Shown here: positions 27,074 to 39,796 of the stretch, piece after piece
How the letters are laid out: every line of letters begins with the position of its first letter
How positions within the stretch are numbered: position 1 is the first letter of the stretch
Translations under genes and position numbers: made by a program
Assembly (NCBI GenBank): GCA_051294375.1
Contig: CM119263.1
Location: 8,622,908 to 8,686,907 of the forward strand
DNA length: 64,000 nucleotides
Source: Paraspadella gotoi
Lineage: Eukaryota; Animalia; Chaetognatha
Reading direction: 5' to 3'
The notes under the pieces: model-generated
Databases searched by the model: none
What the model saw: only the letters and a program-made list of their open reading frames with translations
Told to the model about the DNA's origin: nothing

Positions 27074-27986
27074 GAGAGAGATTAAAAGGTAATAATCTAA
27101 ATTTTCAGAGAAAAGAGCATCAAGTATTGATTTAGACGACGACGACGACAAAACGAGAGAAAACAAAAGGTCAAATTACGTTTCCGGATTTCCGTGGGGA
27201 GGAGAATCCGACGAAAATCGCTGGCATTCCATCATGAGGTTAATTTAGACAAAATCTTTCATTTATTTTTGAATTACTCGTAATTTTAATTGTTCTATTA
27301 TTTCCGGTTATCATCAAGTATAAAGGATTAATACCTAATACCCTTTTGAAATGCTTAACGCGAATTTGTACGAAATTTTAATCTCGTCTATATTTCAGAT
27401 TCCTTCCCCGACGACCGGTTTACCCACCCTACCCTCTCCCGTCTCCCTCCCTCCCTTACTCGCCCTCTCCCTGGGAAGACGAGGAAGAGAATGGGGAAGA
27501 GGAAGAGGAGGAAAAGCAGGAAGAGGAAGGAGAGGAGGGCGAGCCGGAGGATGAAGAAGAACCGCGTCCAAGAAGCGGATATCTTCCAGGTTAAAAATTA
27601 AATTAAACAATTATCAATTATTATCTTGTGTCGAAAATTTATTAGACTCCATCACGGATCAAAAACAAACGTATTTACGTACATATACTACATAATTAGT
27701 AGGAGAAATGAACGGAGAAAGGGTGATTATCATGAAGTTGAAAAGAAGAGAAATGTGACGGTTTGTGAAATAAGAGAAAGACGTGATTTAAAAGGCTCTT
27801 TATTTTTTCAAAGGAAATCGGGTCCTCTGGCGACGAATCATCGGTGCCCAACAATCAAGCCCCTAAGAGAACGCTTAACGAGTGAAATAGACGATTTTTT
27901 AAAAATTATACAATATTTACTTATATAGTATGTTTTATGTTTTACATTTTATTTTCACAGCTGTAAAAGGATATGCTGTACGTTAA
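26846..27986 (+). CDS. Secreted prohormone/neuropeptide-precursor-like protein
   Basis: Signal peptide MKLFFLLLFVLATTTTA with KR/RR sites. Later exons ~27109-27238 (KRASSIDLDDDDDKTRENKRSNYVSGFPWGGESDENRWHSIMR), 27400-27589 (FLPRRPVYPPYP...acidic E-run...RSGYLP) and 27961-27986 (AVKGYAVR*). The exon1-2 junction is ambiguous because of a (GA)n tract. Confidence 0.65.
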
Positions 27987-28415
27987 GAATCCTTGCACGA
28001 GTAGTACAATCTTTATTCTAAATATTAAGTTTAGGTGTCCAAACTACTAAATACTGAAATTAGGCTTCTGTAGAAATACATTTGTAATAAAGAATTACCA
28101 TTGAAAAAACGTTTAGGCTCGTGAAACATTTGAAAAAATATTTTTGTTATGTAGTTCCACGGTTGAAGACAAAAGTTGTTTTTTAAAATAATTTGATTTA
28201 TGTTTTAATGTAATTAAAACATTCTTTAAAAAAAGGAAAATTAGAAACATAGCACATTGACATTGGACAATACTTTTCCATTGAAAAAATTTGTAAAAAA
28301 AAATAATTAGTTTGTTAAATATAACGATAGATACCATTAACATTCTAAGACATATTTTATTAACTTATTTTTGCTACTCTTTATATCCGAGTAATCTATT
28401 AAATCAACTAGTCTT

Positions 28416-29810
28416 CTACAATAGTAAAATTTCAGGGATTAAGAAAAAGGGGAGATAAAAAATATTGTTATAATCATAATCCAAATTTTTTAGCATTTTA
28501 GTAAGATTGGAAAATCTTTTAGGGAAAACCTCAATTGAAGCGTCAATCCTATCTCTTTTACTGAAAGTAACGTAAATTGTACGCTCAACAGAGCAATCAG
28601 CAATGAGTTGTTTTATAGCTGAAAAATAAAACATCACGGGAGGGCTATGTTCAACATTTTTTTGAGAAAGAAATTCAATAATACTTGAATCTTTGTAGAA
28701 ATTGGAATAAGAGAATGGTTTTAGAAACTTTAACATAAAAACGTATTTTCGTTGAAAAAGTCGCACTCTTGGCGGAATTTCAAAAGCAAAATAAAATAAC
28801 AAATATGAAAAAGTGACTAAGAGAAAAAAAATAATTTTTTTAAGATATGTCTTATTAATTTTTTTAGTTATCAAATTATGTAGAATGTATAATATAGGAA
28901 ATATAAATTGAAAAATTAAAAAGGAAAAATTTTCATTAATAAAATAAAATAGCAGAATTTTATTGATTATTGTTTTATACAAATATATTGAATGATTCAA
29001 TGTTAAAGTTTGGTTAGAAATATTACAAAAATCAACAACTTCATTAATGATATCAGTTTCTGAGTTTATTATTTTAAACAAAATTTTAAATATTAGTACA
29101 AAGAAAAATGTTAAAAAACCAATAATTATTATTTTGATGATACTATTCATCAAAGACGATATTTTGTTTACTATTTTAATGAATAAGATGCTAATGACTA
29201 GGATAAAAAAATTTGATATGAAATTATTCATTTTATAAGCTAACATTTGCAGAAGAAACACAGGCTCATAAAAACGCCAGTACAAGTCAGTATACCATTT
29301 TTGTTTTATCTTGTTTCTAAATTTGTCATAATAATTCACTACTTGAATATTAAGGCATATTAATACTATTGCAATTAAGGCAAAGAGAAATGATAACATA
29401 TTTTGAGGGGAAACTTTTTTGGACCTCAAGATCACCGCGCAATAAAAAATTACGATGCATAAATCGATAAGAACCAAAATAGTTAGATCCTTAAAACGAG
29501 GATGTAAGACTGAATAGTTACCAAGCCGCATAACGTAGCTCGGACTTGACAGAAACTGGACCTTACCATGGAATAAGCGTTTGGGATTAACGCAGTCTTT
29601 TTCTCTGATATTATAATGTCTTTTTAGAGAAATATAATTCCATTTGGGCAAATTGCTCATCCCTTCGGCCTTTATACAGTACGTCCCTTTCTCATTCTTG
29701 CCCGTTGTGGAGTTGTAAACAGGTGCATAACTCGACAACCGTGGGATCTGATCGTTGTCTAAATTTGCCAGACCCCAACTGTAAGTAACTGTCTTCCGCC
29801 AGTTTGAATT
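28416..29810 (-). CDS. AT-rich multi-pass membrane protein, long terminal exon (5' exon(s) not found)
   Basis: ~465-codon open frame starting after acceptor ttcatacag at 29811, with several hydrophobic segments. No family recognised. Confidence 0.6.
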   Translation of the reverse strand, partial: NSNWRKTVTYSWGLANLDNDQIPRLSSYAPVYNSTTGKNEKGTYCIKAEGMSNLPKWNYISLKRHYNIREKDCVNPKRLFHGKVQFLSSPSYVMRLGNYSVLHPRFKDLTILVLIDLCIVIFYCAVILRSKKVSPQNMLSFLFALIAIVLICLNIQVVNYYDKFRNKIKQKWYTDLYWRFYEPVFLLQMLAYKMNNFISNFFILVISILFIKIVNKISSLMNSIIKIIIIGFLTFFFVLIFKILFKIINSETDIINEVVDFCNISNQTLTLNHSIYLYKTIINKILLFYFINENFSFLIFQFIFPILYILHNLITKKINKTYLKKIIFFLLVTFSYLLFYFAFEIPPRVRLFQRKYVFMLKFLKPFSYSNFYKDSSIIEFLSQKNVEHSPPVMFYFSAIKQLIADCSVERTIYVTFSKRDRIDASIEVFPKRFSNLTKMLKNLDYDYNNIFYLPFFLIPEILLL

Positions 29811-30040
29811 CTGTATGAAGGAAAGGAGTTACATTTTTATTTGTATTCCGTTATTTTAGATTTAAGCAAAATATATGTGGATATAAGGCGCTAGGTGGGA
29901 CTGAAGAGTGCAATCAGCAACTTCTTTAACCCCCTCTAGAAGACATGGAACGGGTCCTGGGCTTGGAACAAGGGCCCCAAGGCGGTTTTTTTCAATTTTT
30001 TCAATTTTTGACTTAAAATTATAGTTTTTCTGAATTTTGA

Positions 30041-31915
30041 CCAACTTAATGACATAATTTTGATATAAAAATTATATTTTCTTATATCAACTTTTTGCAA
30101 AGAATACAAATCCATTAAAAAAAATTTTGAAATTATTATTTTTTAATTTTAGCCCAATTTTTACTCATAATTATTAATAAATATAGTTAACTAACTTTTT
30201 ATAAAACAAAATTTAAAAATAAACTTACCAAAATATTTTTATAAGTCTTTATTTCTATATTTCAAAAGCTCATATAAATTTTTATAAAATTTTCATAATT
30301 TGATTTATCTTAACTTATAATGGTTTTGCTATTTTATAACAATTTTATATACATTAAAAACCCTCATTTCCGACAAGAAAGATAAAATTATACAAAAAAA
30401 TGGTCATCACCATCGAATTCTGCAGACTACATTACACTAAAATAGCTATGTACCTCACTTTATTTGTTATATTTTGTTATTTTTCAACGCTCTAACCTAC
30501 ATATATGAATTGATGAAATGATAATTCATATATGAATTGATGAAATGATAATTCATGGCGAAATACCTGTATGTAATTGCTGAGAGTTATATGTTTCTCG
30601 ACATTCGTGAGAAGAGAAAAAAAAATTATCCCCCAGAACGAAGTTTGAACCAATGCCCTTTCATGACATTTTTTAAAAGCTAGAAAAGAAGAGAATTCAT
30701 TTAATAAGTACCTCTTATACGCAATTTTAATATACCTTTTTAGCGATATTTAACTAGTATCTGATTTCATAAAAAAATTACAACAACATCAAAGAATGAA
30801 CCGAGGGAATGATATTTATATGAGGAGTGATTAAAATTTATTTGGCCCCTTTTTTAAAAAGATATTTACTATACTTCTATAATAATATCAAACCATTATA
30901 ACACATATAAATATAGTTAAAATACTAGTGCAAGTTTTTAATCTAATCTTGTATAAATTCTCGTTCAAATATAACAAAATCTAAGATATTAAATTCGCAT
31001 TCATAAATTATTTAATTACTGGTAATTAAGGTCTGAAGAACTCGATGGATGATGGATGCAGAATCTTTCTTTTATAATTTCATCCTTTCTTGTCGGAAAT
31101 GACGATTTTTAATGTATATAAAATGCTAAAAAAATAGGGCAAACCTTATAAGTTATGATAAATCAAAATGTTAATTTTTTTAAAAATTTACATGAGCTTT
31201 TGAAATATAAAAATAAAGATCTATAAAAATATTTTGGTAAATTTATTTCTCAATTTTATGTTTTATTAAAAGTTAGTTAGCTATATTTATTAATAATTAT
31301 GAATAAAAATTAGGCTAAAGTTAAAAAATAATAATTTAAAAATTGTTATCCCGGATTCGCATTCCTTGCAAAAAGTTGATGTAAGAAAATATAATTTTAA
31401 GTCAAAAATGGTAAAATTAAACAAAAATCATAGATTTTAACATTTTTAACCAACTTAATGAAAGAATTTGTTAAAATAGATTTTACTTTCTTATATCAAC
31501 TTTTTGCAAGGAATTCAAATCCGGTTTTAAAATTTTAAAATATTTATTTTTTCACTTTAGCCTATTTTTAACTACTAATTATTAATAAATATAGCTAACA
31601 AGCTGTTAATGAAATATAAAATTTGTAAATAACTTACCAAAATATTTTTATGGGTCTTTATTTTCATATTATTTAAGCTAAATATGACTTTTATAAAATT
31701 TTAATAATTTTAGTTTCTCATACTCTACAATGGTTGCGCCATTTTAATAGCACCATATATGCTTCAAAAATCGCCATTGGCGACAAGGAAGATGAAACTA
31801 TACCAAAAAATGGTTATCATCATCGAATTCTTCAGACCTTATTACATTAAAACAATAATGAATGAAATTAAATATCTTGTATTTTGTTATCTTTAAATGC
31901 TCTATTTTACATAAC
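30041..31915. mobile_element. Three diverged copies of a ~450-bp AT-rich arm (+,-,+); foldback/MITE-like
   Basis: 30041-30500 matches 31450-31915 (caacttaatga...ttcttatatcaactttttgcaa...aacttaccaaaatattttt...catcgaattc). ~30985-31410 is the inverted copy. Confidence 0.75.
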
Positions 31916-32018
31916 TAACTAAAAAAGTTATCAAATTTATTTTACTTACATGTAAGGCTAATATTTTTGACATATAATATAATATAATATTCACATATAT
32001 ACAATTATACATATTATA

Positions 32019-32578
32019 CAGGGAGGTCCAGCTCTTTTGGAACTAACTTTAAAAAATCGTTTGGACGGGTAAATAAAAAATAATAGAATGAAAATTGGTA
32101 CACTTATAAAAAGTTGTAATGACAAAACAATCAATTAAAAAGATTCACATTCGGAAACCAGTAACTTCTCTATGTAATCAAGAAGGTGGCATATGCTTTT
32201 GGGGCGCGCCCATTGGGAATGCTTTCATTTCTGTCACTATTTTGATGTCAAAAGGTCGACACTTCCTGAGGGGATGCGTGGGACATTCTGCTTCAGTATC
32301 CTACATTTTCCTCAATGTAGGAATCAATCAGTCACCATTCTTCATCTTGATTTTCGCCAAAATTTCCAAAATTTTGTAAGGAAGCGGCGCAAAGAATTTT
32401 GACATGTCATGCAAAAGCATCATTTACAGTAGTTCTGTTGGCTTTTCCAGATGTTTTTGAATATCGATCAACATAAAATTTAACCTAGTTTCCAAATATA
32501 GTCCCTTTTTTCTTCTATCATAAACCGTTATTGTGCGGTGAGCAATTCATGTTAGTCCATAAGAGCTGGACCTCCCTG
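32019..32578. mobile_element. Tc1/mariner-type non-autonomous element (MITE) with TA target duplication
   Basis: TA|CAGGGAGGTCCAGCTCTT(T)TGGA(A)CTAAC ... GTTAGTCCATAAGAGCTGGACCTCCCTG|TA terminal inverted repeats. Confidence 0.88.
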
Positions 32579-32684
32579 TAATATATATATATTAAATTAT
32601 ATATATAATAAATTAAGATATGAATTTTATCTTATTAACGTTTCAGTAACTGCCTTTAATAGTTCATTAGTAAGTAAAAATATT

Positions 32685-33998
32685 TCATATTGTCATAGTC
32701 TTTGGTTGAACACTGAACAGATATTCTTCGTCAAAAAGTTTGTATTCACCGCCAGCTTTGAATGATCTTCTGTATTTCAACATTCCAATGAGCTTGTTTC
32801 CAATGTCTTTAAGTTCTGCGACTGTGAAAACCCTTTAATTGAGATAAAAAATAAAAAATAAAATAATTTAGGCAAAATTAACTACAATAGAAAAAAACTA
32901 AAAAAAAGTCAAGCATTTAGAAATGTCAACCGTACCTTAAAATGAGCATTGGCATCATAAACAAAAACATAGGACTGAGTTTTATAGAAATGACGTGAAT
33001 GAAGTAGAGACAAACCGACATTCCTACGACCCTTGAAAGATTTCCAAAAAAGTAATTATAGGCGAAATTTGTTTTTCTACAGTTGAACCACTTTGGTTAA
33101 CCGAACTTCCTCTCCAATTGCACGCCGCAAACGCCAGACTCAAAGTAGAAAATCCAATGGAAATCAATTCCAAATGGTTTGAGATTTTCCAGTAGCAGAA
33201 ATCTTCTTTGCGTCTATATTTGATTAAGGCGTCGCAGCGGCATTGTTCCTCGCCGAATTTTACGTTTCCTTCGCTTTTTAACAATATAAAAAGAGAATGT
33301 TTAAGAAAACTAACAATGCACACCAGTAGTTAATAAATAATACATTAGAAAATTATTTTGATCCTTCACGATGCGATTAACATTTGAATATATTAAAATA
33401 TCTTGACATTCTTTAACATTATATCATCAGCTTACGTTACAAATTTAAAATATCTGTATCAAATAGCCCTCAATTACCTGTCGACTTTAGCAAGAAAGAG
33501 GCCGCATTCACTGTGTTTGACGCCCAACATGCAGGTTCGAAAGCAAAGCTCCGGAGAGTCGCTCGTCCAAAGGATAACCATGGCGTAACTCTGCAGCATG
33601 AGTTGCGGAAAAGACTCGAGGAGACAATGAATCATGTTCATGAGGACGACGAACTTCCTCTTGAAGTCCAGCGCCTCGACCTCTAGATGCGCGTCGAAGG
33701 AGACCGGGATGGAACCCAGACCCGCGCATAGAAGAATCCCCGTCGCCCATTTCTCCGCGCGGTTCCGAGTGAGACGGGGAAAGTGTTCCGCGTGGCGTAG
33801 AATGACGGCGAAACCGAAGGCGGCCGACGTCGCGCAGTGGACGACAATGACGACCATGAGGGCGAATCCCACGTATTGTACGTAACCGTTGACGGAGACG
33901 ACGTAGGTGACGGCGGTGCGAAAGTCAGTCATGGCGTCCAACGTCGGCACCGCCAAATTCCAAAGGAGCGGCAGTTTCGTTCGAATGGATCGAAACAT
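32685..33998 (-). CDS. XK-related (Xkr scramblase family) membrane protein
   Basis: Exon 1 has LDAMTD...Y and LLESFPQLMLQSY (XK signature ESxPQLxLQ). Exon 2 is ~33274-32936 (ISIGFSTLSLAF...FLEIF(S)RVVGM), needing one extra base at ~33037. Exon 3 is ~32832-32685. Confidence 0.75.
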
Positions 33999-34259
33999 TT
34001 TTTTTATATGAAGATTTTTGTCTTCTCCAACGCCTCTTTTTATACTTTTTATTTATTTTTTTAAATTATTTTTTTATTTTTTAGATGAAAGATCAAGAAT
34101 AATTAAATTCTTTTTTAAAAAAAAACTTTCTTAAAATTAACAAAACTTTTTGTTTCGATTTTTTAAGAAAAATTCGTGACGTCAAATTAAAAAAAAAATC
34201 CTTATCAAAGTAGGGAATTCTCGAATTTATTATCAGAACAAAGATTGAAGTAAAAACGA

Positions 34260-34480
34260 GATATTCACACCGCCTCAGTTCCGACCTCAAGCAGCCAATC
34301 CCAATCGCTCAGAGGGAGAACGTGCCATCCCAACCGTGCGTTATACTTATAATCACATCATTAACGATTTCCATCTGTGTTGACAATGGGAGACCATCGT
34401 AGCATAACCGCCCCAGTGGCAGGTGGCGCCACTGAGGTTCGAAAGCCGACAGTGAGATTCCCCCTCTCAGTTGGGGTTGT
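34260..34480 (-). mobile_element. Structured repeat copy C
   Basis: Reverse complement contains gccactggggcggtta, gggatggc...ctccctctgagcgattgggattggct and ends tgaggcggtgtgaatat as copy A does. Confidence 0.65.
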
Positions 34481-34483
34481 TGA

Positions 34484-34761
34484 TGTAATATAAGGATATC
34501 TATAAATAAAACGGAAACATCTTCTTCTGCTAAAATATTAACAGGAATTCGCCCGCTGAGAATGATGTTCGCCTTATGGACGACCTAGATTGGAACCACA
34601 ATGAGACTCCCCCGGCCTCCTCGGGTCATCCATTCCTCACGGCTATAAAGAGCCTCGATGGGTGACCCTGATTCCACTCGCTGAAATCAAGCGTTTTCTT
34701 TCGGGGCTGTTATACATTTTATATTCGACCTCATTCACTCCCACGAGATCGCGGTGTAACA
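34484..34761 (+). mobile_element. Possible solo LTR
   Basis: Starts TGTAATA, ends TGTAACA, with internal TATA-like ggctataaaga. No clear target-site duplication. Confidence 0.3.
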
Positions 34762-35871
34762 AAAACTTTAATTATGGTCACTTTACAAACCTTTCTGCAT
34801 GAACGTGGAATAACAAACTGATTATATGGATACTTGGATAGTGGATACAGAGAGGGGATAATCTTTATATTGGTCGAACCAATTTCGTACAACCCAGTCA
34901 CAAAATCCCGAAGAGTTTCTAAGATTTTGTGATTTTGAGATTTTGAGAATCAATTACGAGTAGCCAGATTAAATTTCTATATGGAGGAATCCTTTGAAAA
35001 AGAAAATAGTCAGGAAATCGCTCTTGCTATATTTTTTTTAGCAAGTTGTCTTTCTCAAAATATTCTTTTTCAAAATATTTAAATATTCAAATATTATTTT
35101 TTTAAATATTTAATTTTAAAAAAAATTAAATTATAAAAAAAATTGCAAGCTTTTGTTCTACTTTTTGATTAAATGTATGTAATCTTACTTTCAATCGACA
35201 AGTACTTTTTTTAAAGGAAGAAAACGAGATGAAAGAACGAAAATGTTGCAAGTCAGTCTAGTTTAATAACAAATAAACGTCTTTTAATTTTAAAAGCGGG
35301 AAATTGCGGAGAAAAAGCCAATGGTCCCCAAAATAAGTGGAGAAAGTTATAAGGATTAATGATCAATTCCCAACTCAATTTTTAAATTTACATACACCTT
35401 TTGTTTTTTTATATATTTTATACAAAAAAAGACAAGAAACTCAAATAGCGAGTGTAAACGTCCTAACGGGAAAAAGAAAAAACTACGAGGGAAAACAAAA
35501 GGGCCGTTCGTGTTCTCGTTTCAAAGCTTTTTTTCATTGACCTGGATCCTCCCCTCGACCCTCGAAAGAATTCGGAAACACCTCTCGCTCTCTCAAAGAA
35601 AACATCTCTTGAGCAAATATCTTGAATATTTCCTCTCTGAATTAGATAAACAAAAAACCCAAAAAAGGAACAAGGACTGAAAAAATTCAACACTATTTAC
35701 TCACTTGTCTGATAAACTTCGTTCTTTTTTATCTGCTTTTATGCGGTTTCGTCAAATATTAAATAAACAATCAACAAACAAAGAGATTTTTTGGAGAGCC
35801 TGGGAGAGAAAAGGAATTTTAAAAAAGTGAAAATTCAGAAAGAAAGAGAGAGAGATTTAAGCAATATAATG

Positions 35872-35920
<49 letters not shown>

Positions 35921-36189
35921 GAAGATTGTTGTTGAACGAAATGAGTCACTGCTCAAGAGACTAAATTCATTTCACACAAACACTTTTTTTGGAAACGGCT
36001 GAAACGATTGCCTTTTTCCCGTTCGTTACTAATTTCTAAATTCAGAATCACTTCAGAAGAGTGACAATTGGCCACACGATATTAGAAAACCACTGGTTAA
36101 CCAACTTTTAAAACGATGGCGACGACGACCGTTCGAATGATTTGAAAACCGGAAAACTTCTTCGTCAAACCCGAAGAAAAGTTTCGACG

Positions 36190-37482
36190 ATGCCGGGTTA
36201 CGAAAGATTCGCTGACGACAACGGCAACGCCGACGAAGGCAACGACGATGGAAGGAAGACGACGACGACGACGACGACAACTACTTCTACTTCTGCAACC
36301 GTCGATTTGGAAGAAATAGATCCTCAGGAAACTTTGGAAGATATGGGGTAAGGACTCGGGATTCAACTAATGCTCCAATTGGTAGTTTATTCCGTCCAGT
36401 CAACGACTCACACGGATCTGAGGGTCAGCTCTTGTTACCGATAATTTTTCTTTTTTGGTTTGCAACTTGTTTATTTATTCTGAGGAAATAAAGCAGGGAC
36501 AAAATATAATACCAGTTTTTTGAATTGTTTCTCGAGTAATTTTAAAATCATAATTTTCATAATTTTCATTTCAGAATATTATTATTGATATAAACTTTGT
36601 TAAGGTTATTATTCTTTTTAATTCGGTAGTCTCATCTGATAAGTTGGTCGATAAATTATTGATTAAGCCTCAGCAATTCGACTAATGAGATTGTTATATC
36701 CATATACATTATTATATTTTCAAATACATTATATTAATTCATATCAAATCGCCTGAGACGACGCATCTCTGCACATTTATTTTGCGGTTGCTTTCTTTTA
36801 TGCGGTTAGAATTTCCCATTTCCCGAAGACGAATATTCAAGAATCTATTTTGCATAATTTCAATTTCGAAAATGTTCACAACCGCGTGGAGAAAGTAAGT
36901 TTTTCTTTTTAATTGAAACTGTAAAAGGGCTTTTTTTTATCCTCCATTCTCTCCAGTTCCCATTTGCATATATAATATCCGCTTTTGATTTTCACTCAAC
37001 GGAATCACTGGAATTTTTAGTCCATTAAAACAGAATAAAATGAAAAATTACAATGGACTTTCCATTCTCCCGTTACGTCGCCTCATCGCCTTTCCTCTCG
37101 CCCCACCCTCCATTTCTCCAACCCACCCCCAGCTGACTCTCTCCCATTTACTTACCCTCCTTCCAGATATTTCCAATCCCTGGCCTACCGTTTCGCCACC
37201 AACCTAGTCGTCAGACTGTTCTCGCTTCTCTTGATTCTGCTCGACCTCATCTTCGTCGTGACGGAGCTCTCTCTCGCCACGGATGAAACCAAACGCGGAG
37301 TCGTCGACGTCCTCACCCGGATGTCATTGGCCATAGTGTCTTACTTCCTCCTGGAAGTCTGCATTAGGATTTACGGTTACGGGTAAGGCATTTAATTGGG
37401 ACGTTTCTTGGCATTCATGATGTTTAATTCATGTGTCCCACTACAATTCCATATTGATTGTACCAATTTCATATTTGCCATT

Positions 37483-37574
<92 letters not shown>

Positions 37575-39757
37575 AGCCCTACCGTCTTCTTCTCTCGCCG
37601 CCATCTTCTGGACATAATCGACTTTGCCATCGTCGTCTGTTCCTTCGTCGCAAACGTCGTCGACTTCAGCCTTCAAGAGAATCGCAACTCGACCCTCAGC
37701 AAGTTGGTCGTCCTCTTTCGCTTCGTCAGAGTCTTTATGTTCGTCAGATTCGTCAACGAGAAGAGGAATTTGGAGAAAGCGGCGCGAAAGGTGAGTCAAG
37801 CGGTTGGGAAAGTCACCAATTGTTAAATTTTGGCGGGTGAGCGTTGGTCTGTCCGAGTCTAAGACAAACCTGTCTCGGTGCATCAAAACGAAGGAAAAAG
37901 ATTTTATTTTATTTTTAGCCATCTGACTTTCATTAACATTTTTTTTATTTAAAAAAAAAATTCGTTTGTGCATGTAAGAAAAAAGGAATATCCGATTTAA
38001 AAAAAAATATCAAATTTGCTTTCAAAAATATGCAAATTAAAAAAAAAAGCTAAAAGCAACTTCTTAAAAAAATTTTTCTTAAAATTTAGAAGAAAAAAAA
38101 GCATCGAAATTCAACGGAAATTTCCTAAGGCAAAACGAATGCATAATATATGGAGATGCCAGGGGCTTATTTTTAAAACAAATGTTTTGAACCAAAACAT
38201 AGCTTCGCATTTAACTCCACAGTGTTTAAAACACAAAATTTCTTGAGATTACATACATAATTTACAGTCATTAATTAAAACGTTGACCTTCAATTCGCAG
38301 AAAATCTCTCAAAACAAACAACGATTCGTGGAGAAACGCGCGGGATTCGATCTTGACCTGACCTACATTCAGCCCCGGGTCATCGCCATGTCTTTCCCTT
38401 CAACTGGGATCATGGCCTTTTACCGCAACCCAATTGGTAAGTTTTATTAGGAAGGTCATCGATGACTCTTTTAATATGCTATTCTCTTTTGTTCACGCTC
38501 GACTCTAATCTCTTTTCTAATCTCCAGACGAGGTGGTTCGATTTTTCGAAGAGAAACACCGCGGCGCATTTAAAATCTACAACCTCTGTTCCGAAAGAGA
38601 TTACGACGTCAGTTGGGTTTTTTTTTCTTTATTCTTTTTCTTCTGGTTAGCTATTGTCCTAAATTTTGATTATGATATCCTTTCTACATAGTTAATCTCG
38701 AATAGATTGGTCTTCTTAATGGAATATGATAAATGGTCGTTTAATTTTCTTTTTTTTTTTACGAATAAAATATAATTTGATTATTATAATCAGGCGACAA
38801 AATTTGGTGGACGGGTTGAGAGATTCAGCATAGACGATCATAATGTCCCGCCGCTCGAAGACCTCATAAGGCGAGTTGAATAAAAAAAAATTTTGAAAGA
38901 CAAAAACGGTTTAGCAGTAAAAAAGCGTTGAAAGGAAGAAAAAAACGCTATATTTTTTAAAACATTGTCGGATAAACATACTACATAATATTGATAAGTA
39001 TTTTTCGTTAGATTCGCAAAAAACGTGGAGGAATTTTTGGGGGAAAACGAAGAGAACGTCGTAGCGGTTCACTGTAAAGGTGGAAAAGGGAGAACAGGAA
39101 CTATGATATGCACGTGGCTTCTGCATAGTGGAGGTTAGTGGTCAAATAAAGGGGAAGGGATTAACTTGGAAGCGATAAATAATAGATTTCAATTATTTTT
39201 AAATTTTAATACAACCTTATATATTTAAAAAGTGTTTTACTTTCAAGACCATTATGCACAACAGCCAAATCGACGGCCAAAGAAGCGCTGGAGTTTTTCG
39301 GAGAACAAAGAACTGACTTCACGAAAAGTTCAAAATTTCAAGGAGTCGAGACGCCGAGTCAAAGTCGATACGTGGGATATTATGAGGTGTGTGACCATCA
39401 ATCAAATCAAATCAATCAATCAAATCAAATCAATCAAATCAATCAAATCAATCAAATCAATCAAATCAATCAAATCAATCAATCAATCAAATAAATCAAA
39501 TCAATCAAATCAATCAATCCACCCAGACCCTTCTCAACTCTTTCTCCGGCGCTCTCCCTCCCTCTCCCCCCAAACTCGTCGTCAAATCCGTGGTCGTCCG
39601 GAAAATTGGCGGCGTCGGCGCCGGAGACGGACGAGACTTGAGGATGGAGATCTTCGCGAATCGGGAGAGGGTCTTCGAGTGTCACTTCGGGACCGGGAGG
39701 AATTGCGCGGTGGGGGAAGGAAGGCGGGGAGAGGGGGGAGAGAGAGTGATGGATGGG

Positions 39758-39796
<39 letters not shown>

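Noticed and set aside
36810-36894. Extra VSP exon with good AG/GT ends
   Set aside because: Including it breaks the frame. Exon 1 (phase 2) joins 37167 directly.
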